Below, one piece after another: positions 38,730 through 52,146 of a DNA stretch of 64,000 nt. The stretch is from Moniliella sp. 'wahieum' (taxonomy: Eukaryota). Within the stretch, counting starts at the first letter, position 1; each line of letters begins with the position of its first letter. Position numbers and translations under genes: made by a program. The stretch spans positions 558,001-622,000 of the forward strand of contig RSEE01000007.1 of the NCBI GenBank assembly GCA_003971905.1. The letters are read 5' to 3'. The notes below the pieces were generated by a model. That model searched no databases. It had not been told where the DNA came from and saw nothing but the letters and a program-made list of their open reading frames with translations.

Positions 38730-39137
38730 GGTTCTTTCGTCGGTCGGGTCGGTGGAGAGGTTAGCAGGCTGGCAAGTGAGCGGAGGTCTCGAAGAAAAAA
38801 TTTGCCCTGTTGAAAAAGCGGTCTCACTCTCGCACCGCGGAACTGCATTCCGCCCGCCAGCCCCACGCTGACTCAAGCATGCTTCAGGAAGTGACAACTT
38901 CTTCGTTGATAAATGGCTCTCTAGCACAGAAGTGAGGAAGGGCCATGAATTACTTGCTGCTCGTATTCGGGGGTGTGCACCACGCTATTCTCTCGCGGCG
39001 GCTTCTAGACTACGGAAAGACCAATTACATCGATACACGAGGCTGTTAAGGTCTAAGCCCAGTTCAACCCTACTCCCCCGTCGACCGTGGTATTGCTTTT
39101 TTTGCTTTTGCGCATCACGAGCAGAGGGCAATTTTTG

Positions 39138-39639
39138 TCAACAGAGCTGCAAGAGTACGGCAGGGTGGGAGCAAGGCACGCGGCGCGTAGCGAACCGGTC
39201 ACTCTGACTTAGGTCATTGTCATGCTCGCCCCCCTCCTGCACCTGCTCCTCGTTTGCGGCGCGAGACATTGTCGCCTTGACCTGCTCTGTGCACCTCCAC
39301 AGTTCACGCAACGTCGGCCCGCTCTGCGCCAACTCGTCGTCCGTTTCGGTACGGTGGTGGGCAAGGCATGCATCGTAGTGCAAGATCTGTGAGCGGCACC
39401 GTGCCTTGGTTTCCCGCACGATCGGCACTGCATCCGCCGAACATTTGGCTAGCTCAACCCGGTAGGCATCGCACTTGCTCGGCTCGTCGCGCGCGCTGAG
39501 CAAGCAGCGCTGGAAGTTGCCTGAGGACACGAGGCTGCGTTAGCGCACACGGCGTGAACCCATATCAGCAAGGGAAAGGGGGCGGCTCACTGAGCTGGCT
39601 GGCACACTTCTTGGCCACAAGTTCCATGGCGCCGTCCAT
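39138..39639 (-). CDS. Mitochondrial IMS double-CHCH (twin CX9C) protein, Mix14/CHCHD5-like
   Basis: After splicing an intron (~39522-39590): C-ASQLSNFQR-C, C-DAYRVELAK-C, C-RSQILHYDA-C, and a fourth motif missing its first Cys (possible sequence error). Confidence 0.8.
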
Positions 39640-40143
39640 CTTGCTTGGGGCGGCGCGGGCTGAGAAGTGGTGGTGGGAGCAGCGCCCGATCTCGAGCCCA
39701 GCGGGTCCCGGCCTGTCCTAGCCCAGCACATGCACGTGAGTTGAACGTTTCACAGGCGCAGCTTACCCGTGGCTTGTCACATGTCACATGTGACGAGAGC
39801 ATTACACGTCACGATCACGTGCTACGCCGCCTGCGCCCATACGCCAATCCGCTCCCAGGCTTGCGCCGCCCTGCAACTTGAGCTTGCGCGCCCACGCCCC
39901 TCCCCTGACTGGCCAACCCCAGTTCCAGTCCCATCCGAGAGGCGCAGATCCCATGTTGGATAGGCAATACGTCATGGAGCTGGGTTAGTTGGCCACGGCA
40001 GCAAGCATTTGCTCTACACAGTGGAATCTCGCAAGCGAGGGAACCGCAACTGCCGCTATGGAAGGCCACCCATACTCCCTCACACGTTACTATGACCTTG
40101 AGCAAACCGGAAGGGCAGAAGAAGCGGGAGCACGCCCGTCCGG

Positions 40144-40875
40144 TTAGCTAGGTTGCGGTGTGCTCACGCCTCCTTTCGTGGCTCGGCGGGTTGTGGTGCA
40201 GCCGCTGGAGGGGAAGACGGGGTGGAGTGCCTTTGCCATGCAAGTCTTCCACCGGCTCGGCCGAGGGCGCAAAGGAAGAAGCCGCGGCGGTGTTGGCAGC
40301 TTCTTCGATCGCCGCCGTCGTCTCGGTGTCCCTGGTGACAGGAAAGAGAAAGGAGGGGAAAGGTTAGGAGACATAACATTTAGAGCCACACACACGAGCA
40401 AGACGGAAGCAGCACGTACACTTGATATTGAACCTGGTCACCCGAGGCTTTTCCACCCACCCTCCCGACGCACCTTGCTCAGGTCGACCGTTTCCGGTGG
40501 GTTCTCACGCAAACTCGGGGTCTTCATAGTCGTTGTGGACATAATATCCTACCCGGATGAACTCATTGTCGTTGTATGAGCCGGTAAGGAGGATGACAGT
40601 GACTCCCAGCAGGTCTTCCGCCGGGATCTTGGACGAGTCCGGGGCAGCCGCCTCAAACTCAAACGAGTTGACTCCCACTGGCACCGGACCGACAAGGCAA
40701 TTGTCGAGTTCTTGGTCGTAGTCCTTGCTCTGCGCGCTGCCCACATAGATCAGGCGCCACTCGAGGTCGTCCGCCAACGGCGCGATGGACTCGAACGTCA
40801 CTTGAACACATATGGTGCGTCAAATTTGGCGTTGGGGTTGAGGATCTCGACGTTCTGCAGGTGGACAACCGACAT
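40144..40875 (-). CDS. ASF1: Histone chaperone Asf1
   Basis: [38 protein letters not shown]...[28 protein letters not shown]...[18 protein letters not shown]. Intron ~40341-40418. Confidence 0.97.
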
Positions 40876-40972
40876 GGCGCTCGGTGTGGCAGGACAAGGT
40901 GGTGGGAGGGGGGACGTCAGGGGACGTCTCTTCCACTCGCACCTCGCGGGACGCGGAAGGGCCGCCGACAAA

Positions 40973-40978
40973 ACGCGT
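40973..40978. promoter_or_regulatory. MCB (MluI) box upstream of ASF1
   Basis: ACGCGT about 100 bp upstream of the ATG with neighbouring CGCG sites; ASF1 is a G1/S gene in yeasts. Confidence 0.4.
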
Positions 40979-41645
40979 CGCGCAGTCCGGCACAGCACCA
41001 GTGTCCATCCCCCTCGCCCGCGCCGGTCACTGGTGGTAATCACCGAACACCGAGCAACGGGCATATGGCGACTGGTCGGTGACGGTCATCGATCCAATGT
41101 GCCTCCGGCCAGTTGGGACGCGACTGGATGCTCACCCCCTTCGTTATAGTCCAGCCAAGCCAACATTAATCGATCTGTCTATCTCCCTGCAAAACGCCGG
41201 TATTCTGACCGGAAACGAACAAAGAGAATGTCTCCTAGTAGCGGCTATTTAGAGAACAGTGAGCTAGTGAGGCCCAAGGAAAGCCCATATTGGGGCTCCG
41301 AAAAGAGTGGGCGCCGTGAACGGCTGATGAGCTGGTGATGCAGTGTGAAAAATGGATGGAAGATGGAGGAAACGCATCGATCATCAACGATCAAGCTAGG
41401 GGACCAAAATGACTACCAACTGCAAGTGAACTGGGGAGCTCCCCTCTCAGCACGTCATTGTGGCACGAAAGTGAGGCAAATCTGGGAAGCGCAGCTTGCC
41501 TCATGAGAAGCAACATATCGAGGTAGCATTGCATAGAGCAAGGAGAAAAGGCAAGGAGAGAGGGTGAGGGGGGGATAAAGAGGGAGGATCATGGCACATA
41601 TGCAATCTGCCTTGTTGTGCACCAGGATGCATGTCATTCGATGTC

Positions 41646-43548
41646 TTATGGCTGGGCCGCCTGGTAGCGAAGGAAAAAGTCGCGCAGCTCCAGCGCCGAT
41701 TCCTTGAGGTAATGCGACAGCAAGCGCGTGTCCTGTCCGCGCGAGGTGAGCGTCCAAACAATCGACTCTTTCTTGATGGTGTAAGAGCAACCATAGCCAT
41801 CGTCCACCACCTCGCCGTACCCCCACGACGCAAAGCATTCCGACGAGATTTGCGACGTGGACAGCCGCCAGGTCGAACTCTCGGTAAAGGTAGGGTCGGT
41901 ATAGAGCAATGGTACGGCCTCATCGGGCTCAATCAGTTTCTTGAGCCCAAACAGGTGCCGGTCCACGCCCTGTGCTTCGCCCGCATCCTTGGCGTACTTG
42001 AGGTGCTGCGCTACAGCGGCCTGGAAGAGCGCGTGTAGCTCCACGTCCGGTACCGAAGCCGACAAGAACGCACGACAGAACTCAGTGCTCTCGGGGGAGC
42101 ACGACGAATGACTTCGGTGCGGCCCAGGTAGAATTTCCGCGTCTGCGCACTCTCGTACACTGGGCTCGGCTTGCCATACAGTTTCCAATAGGCCAGCTGG
42201 ATCACCATCTGAGCCCATGCATCGGGCGACACCTTGAACTTCTTGATGGCCTCCTTGCCGTACGCAACAAAATTCTGGACCTCCACCTCATGCTGGTCGA
42301 GCAATGTGGTAAAGTCGAGCTGGGCCTTCTCAATCGCCTTCTTGGCCGCCTCGTCCAGCTCAAAGTGCAAGCGCTTCGGCGCAGGAATGGTCGAGTCGTG
42401 GCTGGTGCCCATGTCGACCTTGCCTGCTTCGAGCGCGGCCAAGCAAAGTCGTTCATCCGCAACGTCGGTGTGCCATCCATGGTGCTGTGCTCGCCATTGT
42501 AGCCTGACACGCCATTGTCAAAGACCACCAATTGCTGCTTGTCAAAGAACCGGTTCAGCGCACCTTTCCCGCCCGTCCAAATGGCACGCGAAACGTCGGC
42601 AGGCAGCACAGGCGACGCATTGTCCAATGCCAATACAATAATCGCCGACTGGATCGTCTCGAGCGTCTGTTCATTGACCGGCGATGCAGCCAGCAAGCCC
42701 GTTCGCGCCTTGGCCCACTCGTCCCGGTCCACACCAGTCAAGGCGCCAACAGGGTGGGGGTCGGCCGTTGCGCTCTCCGGGTCTTCAAGGATGCGTTGCA
42801 GTTGCCACTGGATCTCCATCTCTGACAGCTCTTGTCCACTAGAAGGGTTGATGACATCAAAGGACCAGTACTTGCCATTGCGGAGAACGACAACGTGGTT
42901 GTGGGTGGTGGAGCTGTACTTGGTCGCATAGTCCACCGGCGTAGGGGGATGCGGGACGCATTGAAGAGCCAAGGGTACGCGCTCGAGTCCAGAGCGCCCG
43001 TCTTGGTGCTTTCCGGGGCCAGCTCGCCCGACTCGACGAGGCGGCGGAAGGCGAGGAAGGCCTTGAGCAGCGCCGGGGCGCGGGTGAGGTGGTGGTGGGT
43101 GCGGTCGTTGGTGTGGCAGTAAAAGTAGTTCACATAGGGCACGATGGGTCCGCGGTAGCCAAAGTAGGCGGTTTCGTTCCACCAGTCCGAGATCCAGTTC
43201 TCCGTCTCGGCTGCGCGCTTCTCGAGGCGGTGGAGGGTGCGGAACAGCTCGGCGTCCTGGCCGCCGAGGGCAGCGGTGACAGCAGCCTCGGTCTGGGCGC
43301 GCGGCAGGGGTGGCGTGGTGGGGAGAGTGGACTTGAGGTATTTGGGCAAGGTGTCGGCCAGGGCGGGGACGGGCAGCTTGGGAAGGGTGTGCTGCTGGGC
43401 AAAGAGGGGGCCGGTCAAGCCAGAGGCCGTCTGGGCGCCGACGAGCATGTCGGCATTGGTGGCGAGGGAGCGTGTGCCGGTGCGGGCGGGGCACGAGGCA
43501 GGCGGGGGTGCGCAGGCGGGCGCGCAGAGGCAGACGAGCGGCCAGCAT
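41646..43548 (-). CDS. CAT2: Carnitine O-acetyltransferase with mitochondrial presequence
   Basis: Arg-rich N-terminus MLAARLPLRARLR; LPKLPVPAL.DT..KYL, NW..DWW..AY, NRFFDK, GEHSTMDGTP (catalytic His), SPDAWAQM.IQLAY, YESAQTR.F..GRTE, GVDRHLFGL, LSTSQ, GYGEVVDDGYG. Confidence 0.93.
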
Positions 43549-44959
43549 CGTCGGTGGTGAGGAGGGCGGGGGGAGAGGGGGAGGTGGTGGGGCGGGCGAG
43601 GGAGGGAGGAGGGGAGGGGTGTGAAAAGGCGGGCTGAACGTTGCACTTGGTGGGAGCACCGCATGCATCCAGGCCACGCAGCGCAGGCAGCCCTGGCGCT
43701 GGGCCTGTCTGACTAGCTTGACTAGTGACTGCTGGGTGCTGCTCGGCTGAGCGGCTGGGACAGCGTGCTGGGGATGAGTCCAGCTGGTGATTAATCAGGC
43801 GGCGGCTGCGGGCCAACCAGCGCCCAACCCTGCGCGCCCACGCCCCCCATGCCCCCCCACGCCCCACGCCCAACCCAGTCCGCCCGGGCCGGGCATAGCC
43901 GCCAGCCGACCCCACACTGCCGCCGTGCCAGTGCGGACATGCCGGAGCCGGGCGCCGCGCCCATCACACACATTCTCCGCCCGCCGCCGCCCGCCAGGCA
44001 GCTCTGTGCCTGCCGAGTGCCTCCCCGTGCACAGCTACCGCCCGCAAGCAGAGCCGCCTCCGCCCGGGCCCCGGCCTGCATTTCAGCCCGGACGCGGGTC
44101 TGTACCTGCGCTGCCCCCGTGCTGCCGCATCCAGCCCATCAACCATCGCGCACCCTGCAGGGCACGCCACATGCACGCCGCACCACCCTTTCTCATGCAC
44201 CCGCCGGCTCCCCCGCTTCCACCTGCCCCCGGCGGCTTCCGCTTGAACGCATCGATGAACGCAACATTTACCCCGCACTCCCCCCACACCCACAAAAAAA
44301 CCTTCAAGGAAAAGACCCCATGGAAGCCGCTGTAGCGCCTTCGCAGGCCTCAGACATCTCACTCAGCAGTTTAAATTAGCTCTCACTGCTTTCTCTCATC
44401 GCTTCTCCCGCAGAGCAACCACAAAAGGAGTTTCTACGCACACGCCAACCAGGGAGCGAGCGGCTCAGGCGGGTTAATAGTTATTGAGCCATCAGGTGGC
44501 TCGTGTTTTGGCCATCAATCTCCCTTCAGTTCCTCCTCAGACCTGGGAGTTCCGTTGTTTTCTCTCTCCCGTTTTCCATGTCCACAGCTTAGCCCCTGGT
44601 GGCGAATCGCTGCTTGATGTTCCTCTGTAGGCGTTGCTGTGGTCATCTCGGACGATAGGAAGGGACAAGGGGAAAACGCTGACTTTTATCTATCCCACAC
44701 ACACAGGCTCGCTCTTCATCTCTAGTATGTGCTACAGCCTCTCGTTTTGAGTTAGGAGGCGAATGACGTTGTCATCCGATCCTCTTTTCTTGCTCGCTCC
44801 CGCCACCCTCGTCTTCAAAAGAGGATTAATGTAGGAGTAAATGGATTGCGAGAGAACACAAGATATTACATACACGAGCAGTGAATATCTCGATGAAAAC
44901 GTCTTAGTCACAGCGTTATGCATGTGAACGATACTGTGTTGCTAGAATCGGGTTCTCTT

Positions 44960-45818
44960 TGTTATGGGCTGCGTTATTGGACCGAGATGGTTCGATCCAA
45001 GCTAAGCCGCCTGCTCCGCACATGCCAAGTAGAGCGTGCTCCGCATCCAACCAAGTGTGATGATGGTTGGTTAAATCAGATCCGGTGTCCCGAGGGTCAT
45101 GCATCCGCGCGACAATAGTCGCTCCGGCCGAAAAGTTCAAGTCGGATGGCCTATATAAATAAGGCCACCGAAGCTTCCGGTATCCTTGTGACAACTGTCG
45201 CCTCTGTCCCCGCTTCATTCTCCTTTTTCGGTCGCGCCTGCGGGGATCAACCCCTCTTAGACGTGTCTTCCTTTCTACACCCCCTCTTTTGATCCGTTCT
45301 CCCATTTGATCTAGCTTGTACCTCTGGTTGATGGGGGATCCTTTCCTCCACCTTCCATTCTCGTCTTCACCCTCGTCCCCTCTCGCCTATCCTGTCCGAC
45401 CCCTGCCGTTTCCAACCAAGTGATCTAGTACAGGCAGCTTCCTCTCCTCTTAGCTCCTGCCTCCTCTTCCGACCTCGTCCTCCAGCACTCCATCAGTCCA
45501 GTCGCGCGAGCCCTCTCCTTCAGCCACATCGATTTCCAGTCTCCGTCCCGTCTCAGTTAAGGCAATGTTTGTCCGCGTTGCCTCCTCCCGTCCCTAAGCT
45601 CCGGAGGCTTCAGACATGTTACTACGGTCCAAGCGGTGCAGACGCAGCCTTGCCACACGTGCAGCCGACCCACTAAATGCCTCTCCTCGTCCCTAGCTCC
45701 GCTCGGATCCAACTAGCCCAAGCCCGAACTGGCACGTGAGTCGACCTACCGTCCTAAGGGATCGTACCCACTGCTAAAAACCCGGGCGTGCCCCCTAGTG
45801 GGGCCTGCCCGTGGCACA
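44960..45818 (+). mobile_element. Solo LTR-like element (~860 bp), copy 2
   Basis: Begins TGTTATGGGC and ends GCCCGTGGCA(CA), an imperfect inverted terminus with TG..CA. Flanks ctctt / cactt give a 4/5 target-site match. Internal TATATAAA near 45152. Homologous to 23745-24590; no coding capacity. Confidence 0.7.
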
Positions 45819-47322
45819 CACTTTCCGATGTTGCGAGGGCCTAGTTTTCATAATTCCCAACGGAAGGACGTCAAAAACCGTGGTGGCCCGGCGTTCCATA
45901 GATGACCCTCTTCCTGTCCCAATGAAATAAGGTGCTGGGTGAAGAGGTATATAAAGGTACCTTTCGGCCAGAGGGCTTGAGCTCTCCTTTAGACCGGCGA
46001 CGAGCGTTGACGCAAGACACTGATAGTCCTCCGAAAAGTCTCATCAAAGGCGACCACATCGATCATTCCTACTTCAGGGTTCAGGTCCGCGGAGGCAGTG
46101 GCCCCACGTGCCCGCTTCTCTCTCTATATATACGAAGACACACTTCTGTAACTCATAAAAACTTGAACCAAGTGTTCCTGCGCAATCAAGACATTATGAG
46201 GCGATTGACGAACGGGCCTCTCCTTGCGATTCGCAGCGCGGCATCAGATCACCAGAGAGGTATACATCCTTATGCATCAGTTCGCTGCAAGGATGAATAT
46301 TGAATAGGATCGGGAACATTGTTAAGGAACCTGCTTGTTCGTTCGTGCACGTGCCTGACAAGTCTCTCATACCAGCTGAGACGCTTCTCCTACACGTTCC
46401 GCGGCCAGAGGTTGTCTCAGGCCTCAGATCCCTCTTCAGCACAGGTGATTCGCTTTTGTTGTCTTGGGCCAACAACGCGGATTACTCGCATAGCCTGTCA
46501 GGCTCTGCTGCAGTGTCACTGTTGTCCGCTTCATGTTTTGCCCGTATCTCTTCTTCTCTCCGTCATGAGGACCGACAACGCATTAGCATCCCGCCAGTAC
46601 ACGGTGTAGTAGGTATGTTCGTATACTATACTACTCACTGCGCAGCATGCTCTCACTCCCACTCCCTTTTCAATAAACTTATTAGTAGCCCCTACGCACT
46701 ACTCCCGGGTGTTGCAGGAGTGGTCGGGGGTGGCCTCGGGCCTCACAAGGTCTCGAAAGGTGCTACCAGGCGAGGCGCACTCCTGCTTAACGGAAGCGTC
46801 ACAGTAGCTCCTCGCACCAGCACAGTTGCCTGTAACATGTAACAAGAAATGGCTCCGCGGACATGGGACAACTCTGAGAATTTGGCCCGAACCGATAACC
46901 GCGGGGCATGACAGGTGACGTCACCGGTGATGCGCAGCTTGAAGCCAGGGAAGCTTAGTACCTACTGGAGGAAGGGCCAGTGTGAGCGAAGGAAGTGGCT
47001 GGCGAAGCCGAAGTGCCTGGTGACAGCTAGCGAGTGACTGGGAGGCGTGCCTCCAAGCATCGTCCCTGCGATCTGGTCCGTCGTCGATGCGTGCTGCGTC
47101 CGCACCACAAAAAAGTACAAACCTGGCTGACGTCACACCACGCTGTCTCGCCTGGCGTCTCGACAGCTCGACCGAGACGGGCTGGTCTTAATTCTATTAG
47201 TCTGTTCGAGCGCGTCAGCTTCGCATTCTCTCATTAAAGCCACGCCTTGGCCCGAAGCATCCCACGCCTCAGTTGCCGCCGCTGGCTCTGACCCCCCCCC
47301 ACCACCCCCTCCCCCGAAACGC

Positions 47323-50300
47323 ATGCCTTCTACTGGCGCCTCTGCCGCCGCCGCCGCCTCGGGAGCCAGCCGGCTGCCGACGCCCCGCCCACGCACTCCG
47401 CTCCCTCCGACCTCGACGGCATCTCCGCCGCCTGCCTATTCCTTCCTCCCCGTCCCGCACCGCCGCCGCCCCCCCACGCGTCGCAGTCCGCGTCGTCTGT
47501 CACACCCGATGCCGTGCGCCACACCAACAAGCTCCTCTCCGACGGCGCGCATGCCCGGCCGAAAGCTACCTTGCAACAGCAGCAGGAGCCCGCTTCGACC
47601 ATCTGGCGCCTTGCGCCTCGCCTCAAGCCCAATGGCTCCACCGACGCGGAGGAGGAACCGCTGACCAACCTGCAAGCCGAGGTGGCCAGTTCCTCGCCTT
47701 TGATGATGCCGAAGGTACCGATGATGCGGCCACGGCCGCCAAGACAGCCATGGTGGCTACTGCGCATGAACTCATCGAGTCGGTCACCCACCTTCAACAG
47801 ACGGCCAATGCAACTCAAGGAGAGTCGCTGTTGGGATCTGTATCCAAGATCCTGGCGCTTCCTCGAATGACTGAGCGAATTGGCGGGGGCAAGACCCACA
47901 AGTTGGTGCCTCCATTTCCAGCTCTTTCCCCTTGTTCGACAACTCTTCTACCGACGAAGAGAAGCCCAGCCCACCACCCGAGCCGGAGGCGACCCAGGAG
48001 GCCGACGGCGATCGCTTGTCCGAAAGTGATACGAGACTCATGGCCAACTTGCTCGCTGGGTTACGTGCCAAGGTCACTAGCGATAAGGCTAGCATCGCAC
48101 GGGCCGAGGAGGAGAAGCAAGCGCGCAGCCAGGATATGGCCGGGCCAACACCAAAGAGGAGCTCAGGAAAAAGCAAGAGGTATTCATTTGTTTTGCCGGC
48201 GGTCGACGGCCTGCGAGTATGGAAGGCGTTGAGGATGATGCGGAACTCAGCCCTGCGCAGAAACTTGATTGTTTGGTCCAGGGTTTTGGACCCATCCAAG
48301 ATGACATACTGCTTCGAACTTTGGACAGGAAGCATTTGTACGTTCCCAACCCCTACTTGTCCCTTGGAGATGCTGATTCCTCTACTGCTGTCATAAGCTG
48401 GGTGACCAAGTTGGCGTTCTGATCAACGAAGTGGGGTTGATTGGTTACTTTGCGCTCACGACGCACCGTCTGTGCTTTGCGGCGTATATTCCCAACATGG
48501 AGCACATGGCCGTGATGAATGCGCTAGCCAGTTCGAACAAAGATGGCGCAGACGATGTGTCGGCTGCGCCGCGCGCCAGTGAGCAGTTGGCCGGCCATCT
48601 CATCCTAAGAGCGGTTCTGCCGTGCAACACGTCGGCTAGGGTGTTTCTGCCTCATTGTGGATCGCGGGTTTGGCTTCAACTCCGTTCCGAGGGCCTTTTC
48701 GTCTTCAGTTCGAGTGAGGTAGAGGCGCTATACGAGCCCTTGGACATTTTCGCTTTGCGGACATGTTTTCTGTCGAGCCAATTTACCAACCGGCCCAAGC
48801 AAACTTTGTTCACTTTTCGCTCAAAAAGGCCGACGGCACCAAGGGAGAACTGGTTCGGTTTGAGTTTGGTACTCAAGTTGGTGCGCTCGATTGGCGTCGT
48901 GAGCTTCGATCGGCTCTTTTTCGTGCACATTTCTCCGCCAACTTTGTCCGCGTGTCCCTCCCCCTCGCCCAGATTACTCAGGTGTTGCAGCACAGCACAT
49001 CCCACAACGTGTTGCTCCACCTTGCGTTCCCTCCTGGGCAAGTCCGGACGCATGTTGGGAACCATGGTAGTACGCACCATGAACCATCAACAGGGGAGAT
49101 GAGCCATCTCTTCTTATCCCAGCACAACACTCTGACCCATCGCTATCCTTGGCCGCTCGCCCATGGCAAGTGGGCTGATGGCCAAGTTTGAGGCGGCCGT
49201 GCGGTCAGTGGCATCCAAACAGCTTCCTCGTGACCAGCTTGGTCCCGAATGCAAGTTGCAATTGCTGATTGACCAAGAGGCGAGCATGAACGCGGCCACT
49301 CTGGCGTCCCACCACCCCAAAGGCAAACGGAGCCCACTCCGTTTCTACCCCAACCAAACCGCTGCAGGAATCCGAGGTGGCCGAGGTGGCTCAGGAACTA
49401 GCCTTGGATCCGGCGAGTGTCAAAGCAATCTACCATGCCCAGTTGTGGAAGAACATGGTGCCCACCCGAGGTCACCTGTGCATATCATCTGACTATTGGC
49501 TTCATTCGTGAGCACGCGGTCAAAGACGATTACCGATTGCGCATCCCCACTACCCACCTTAATGGGGCGAAAAAAGCCAAGGGACATTTGACGTTTTCAG
49601 CCTTGGTGCTTCAAGTCAAGGGCCACGAAGACATTTGGTTCTTATTTGGGTCGAAGCACGAACGCGACGAAGCGCTTGTCCAGACCAACGAAGCTGTTCA
49701 CCACATCCGTCGCCGCCTTCAGGACGCTTCGCACGGAAAAACACGCTTATCGCGGGCCTTGGTGCAACCCACACTGCCCACCTCGTGGCTCAACTATGTA
49801 CCCAAAGCTATCAACACGGACGGTACCTTCCAAATCCGCATTCCTCCGCGGCGATTTGCATTGCGGTCATTGGCTCACGAGGGGACGTGCAACCGCTGAT
49901 CGCACTGGGCCAAGTCTTGATGCAACACAAGCACACGGTCCGGATCGTGTCCCACCCGGAATACGAAGATTGGGTTCGTGGTCACGGACTTGACTTTGCT
50001 GCGGCCGGGGGCGATCCGGGGGCGTTGATGGCGCTGTCGGTGGAGCACCGTCTGTTTTCGCCGGGCTTCTTTACCGAGTCGGTGGCCAAGTTCCGTTCGT
50101 GGCTCGACGATCTGCTGCGAGAAGTGTACGAGGGATGTTACGATGCGGATGTGATTCTCGAGGCGCCGCAGACCATGGCGGGCATTCATGTGGCGGAGCG
50201 ATTGGGCGTGCCTTATTTCCGTATCTTCACCATGCCCTGGACCAAGACGGCGGCCTACCCACAAGCCTTCAGTGTGCCGCCGGTCGACTTGGGCAGCCAC

Positions 50301-51834
50301 TACAACCTAATGAGCTACACGGTGTTTGATCAAGTCTTTTGGGCGGCCAGTTCGGGGCAGATCAATCGATGGCGCAAAAACATGCTCGGCCTCAAACCCA
50401 CCGACCTGGCCGAGTTGGACCAAGCCAGCGTACCCTTCATTTACAACTTTTCTCCTGCCGTCGTACCCGTGCCCACCGACTGGGACGATAACATTTGTGT
50501 TTCCGGGTACTGGTTCCTCCCCACCCCAAGACCGAATGGGATCCGCCCAAGGAGTTGCCTTTTTGAAAGAGGGGCGCAAGCAAGGCAAAAAGTTGGCCTA
50601 CTGTGGCTTTGGCTCGATTGTCGTCGACGACCCCGATGCGATGACGCGCAACTTGTATGCGGCTGTGGAGAAGGCTGGGGTGTATGCAGTGGTGGCAAAG
50701 GGATGGTCGTCCCGTATGAAGAAGCAAGAACAAGCGGAAGGGACAGAGGAACCGATTCCGGTCCCGAGCTGTTGTTATGTCGTTGATTCCATCCCGCACG
50801 ACTGGCTCTTCCCTCAGATTGACATTGCGCTGCACCACGGCGGAGCCGGTACGACGGGTGCTTCGTTGCGTGCCTCGCTTGTCACCGCCATCAAACCCTT
50901 TTTTGGCGACCAATTCTTCTGGGCCCAGCGCGTACAGAAGTTGGGCGCTGGTGTGCGGGTGGCGTCGCTGTCGACCAACGATTTGGCTTCGGCATTGAAG
51001 AAGGCAGCTGAGGATCGGATCATGCGGGAGAAAGCGCAACAAGTCGGTGCCAGCATTTCTACCGAAGATGGACCAGCCAAGGCGGTCGAGTTTTTGTACG
51101 ACAACCTGATGCGGGCTCGTCGCCATCCTCGGTTCCGTGAGGACCTGTGCGTGCTAAAGGAAGACCAGCTTGTTTTCTACCCAACGCGGGAGGAAGGAAA
51201 GGGGGAGGAAGAAGAAGAAGAAGAAGCGAAGGAGAAGGTGACGGAGAAGCATGCAAAAGGCGCAAGCACAGCGGACATTCGTACCTCCCACACCCGCGAC
51301 TCATCCCTCCACTCTTCCCACAGTGCACCTCCCGCTTCGCCCACAGAGGAGGCCCATACCGATACGAACGGGGCGGGGACCAGTCCGCCTTCTACACCCT
51401 CTACGCCCAAACGACTGCTTCACAAGATTGGGAGCAAGTTGAATTTGGCGAGCGACGAGGCGAGCGCAGCTATCTCGACGGGATCGTTGCCACTCAAAGA
51501 AACGACGAGCTTGCTACCGCATTTGCCCAGCCTGCCCAACGTACCCACTCTGGACGGTATGCCCAAACTCTCGCTGGTTTCGGCCATGCGGCAAATGGTC
51601 GATTCGGACGAGTGCGAGCAAAGCGAAGTCAACCGGGCCGAGCAGAAACATGCGTCTCTCTCGGTCGCACTGGCGGACCAGCTGCATGCGCGTCAATTGC
51701 TGCCCAAGCAAATTGAATTGCGCCTGGCCCAGCGCTTGGCCCAGCACACCCACGACATGTACCTCGACCAAGGTTCTCCCTCTGCCACTGACCGGGATGG
51801 CCTTCCCGCTTCAGCGGGGCAACAACCACACTAG
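47323..51834 (+). CDS. ATG26: Sterol 3-beta-glucosyltransferase (UGT51/Atg26-like; PH/GRAM-like region + GT1)
   Basis: IGSRGDVQP.IALG..L..H.VRI.SH.EY..WV..HG..F..GGDP..LM, AGIHVAE.LG.PYFR.FTMPWTKT, LHHGGAGTTGASLRA, IKPFFGDQFFW. Upstream PH/GRAM-like segments. Many frameshifts; start approximate. Confidence 0.92.
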
Positions 51835-52109
51835 ATCCACTCCAGTTGCGCTCCCTCGCCGCTGGTGAAACCAACCTATAATCTCGTTCTGCTCTGTTCT
51901 GCTCCGCTCTGATCTGCCCAACACAGTGGGAGCTTGTGATTAATGTGACCCAATGCCATCTCCTATCTATTTCCCCATAGCTCGCCCTGTGGCACTTGGT
52001 ACAGGACCGACTTAGCCATAAAAGACCTTGTAGCAAAGCTCGATCGATGCCCCGACCTACCGGGGACCCACTTTAGGAGACTCTCCATGCCTCTTTGCAA
52101 GCCCGGATT

Positions 52110-52146
52110 CCCGATTCCTGATTCCTGATTCCTGACTCCTGACTCC
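52110..52146. repeat. Heptamer tandem repeat (GATTCCT/GACTCCT) x5
   Basis: cccgattcctgattcctgattcctgactcctgactcc read directly. Confidence 0.85.

Noticed and set aside
46690..46830. Cys-rich minus-strand peptide fragment (GNCAGARSYCDASVKQEC..HSC) after an acceptor-like TTACAG
   Set aside because: No upstream exon, start or signal peptide could be identified.
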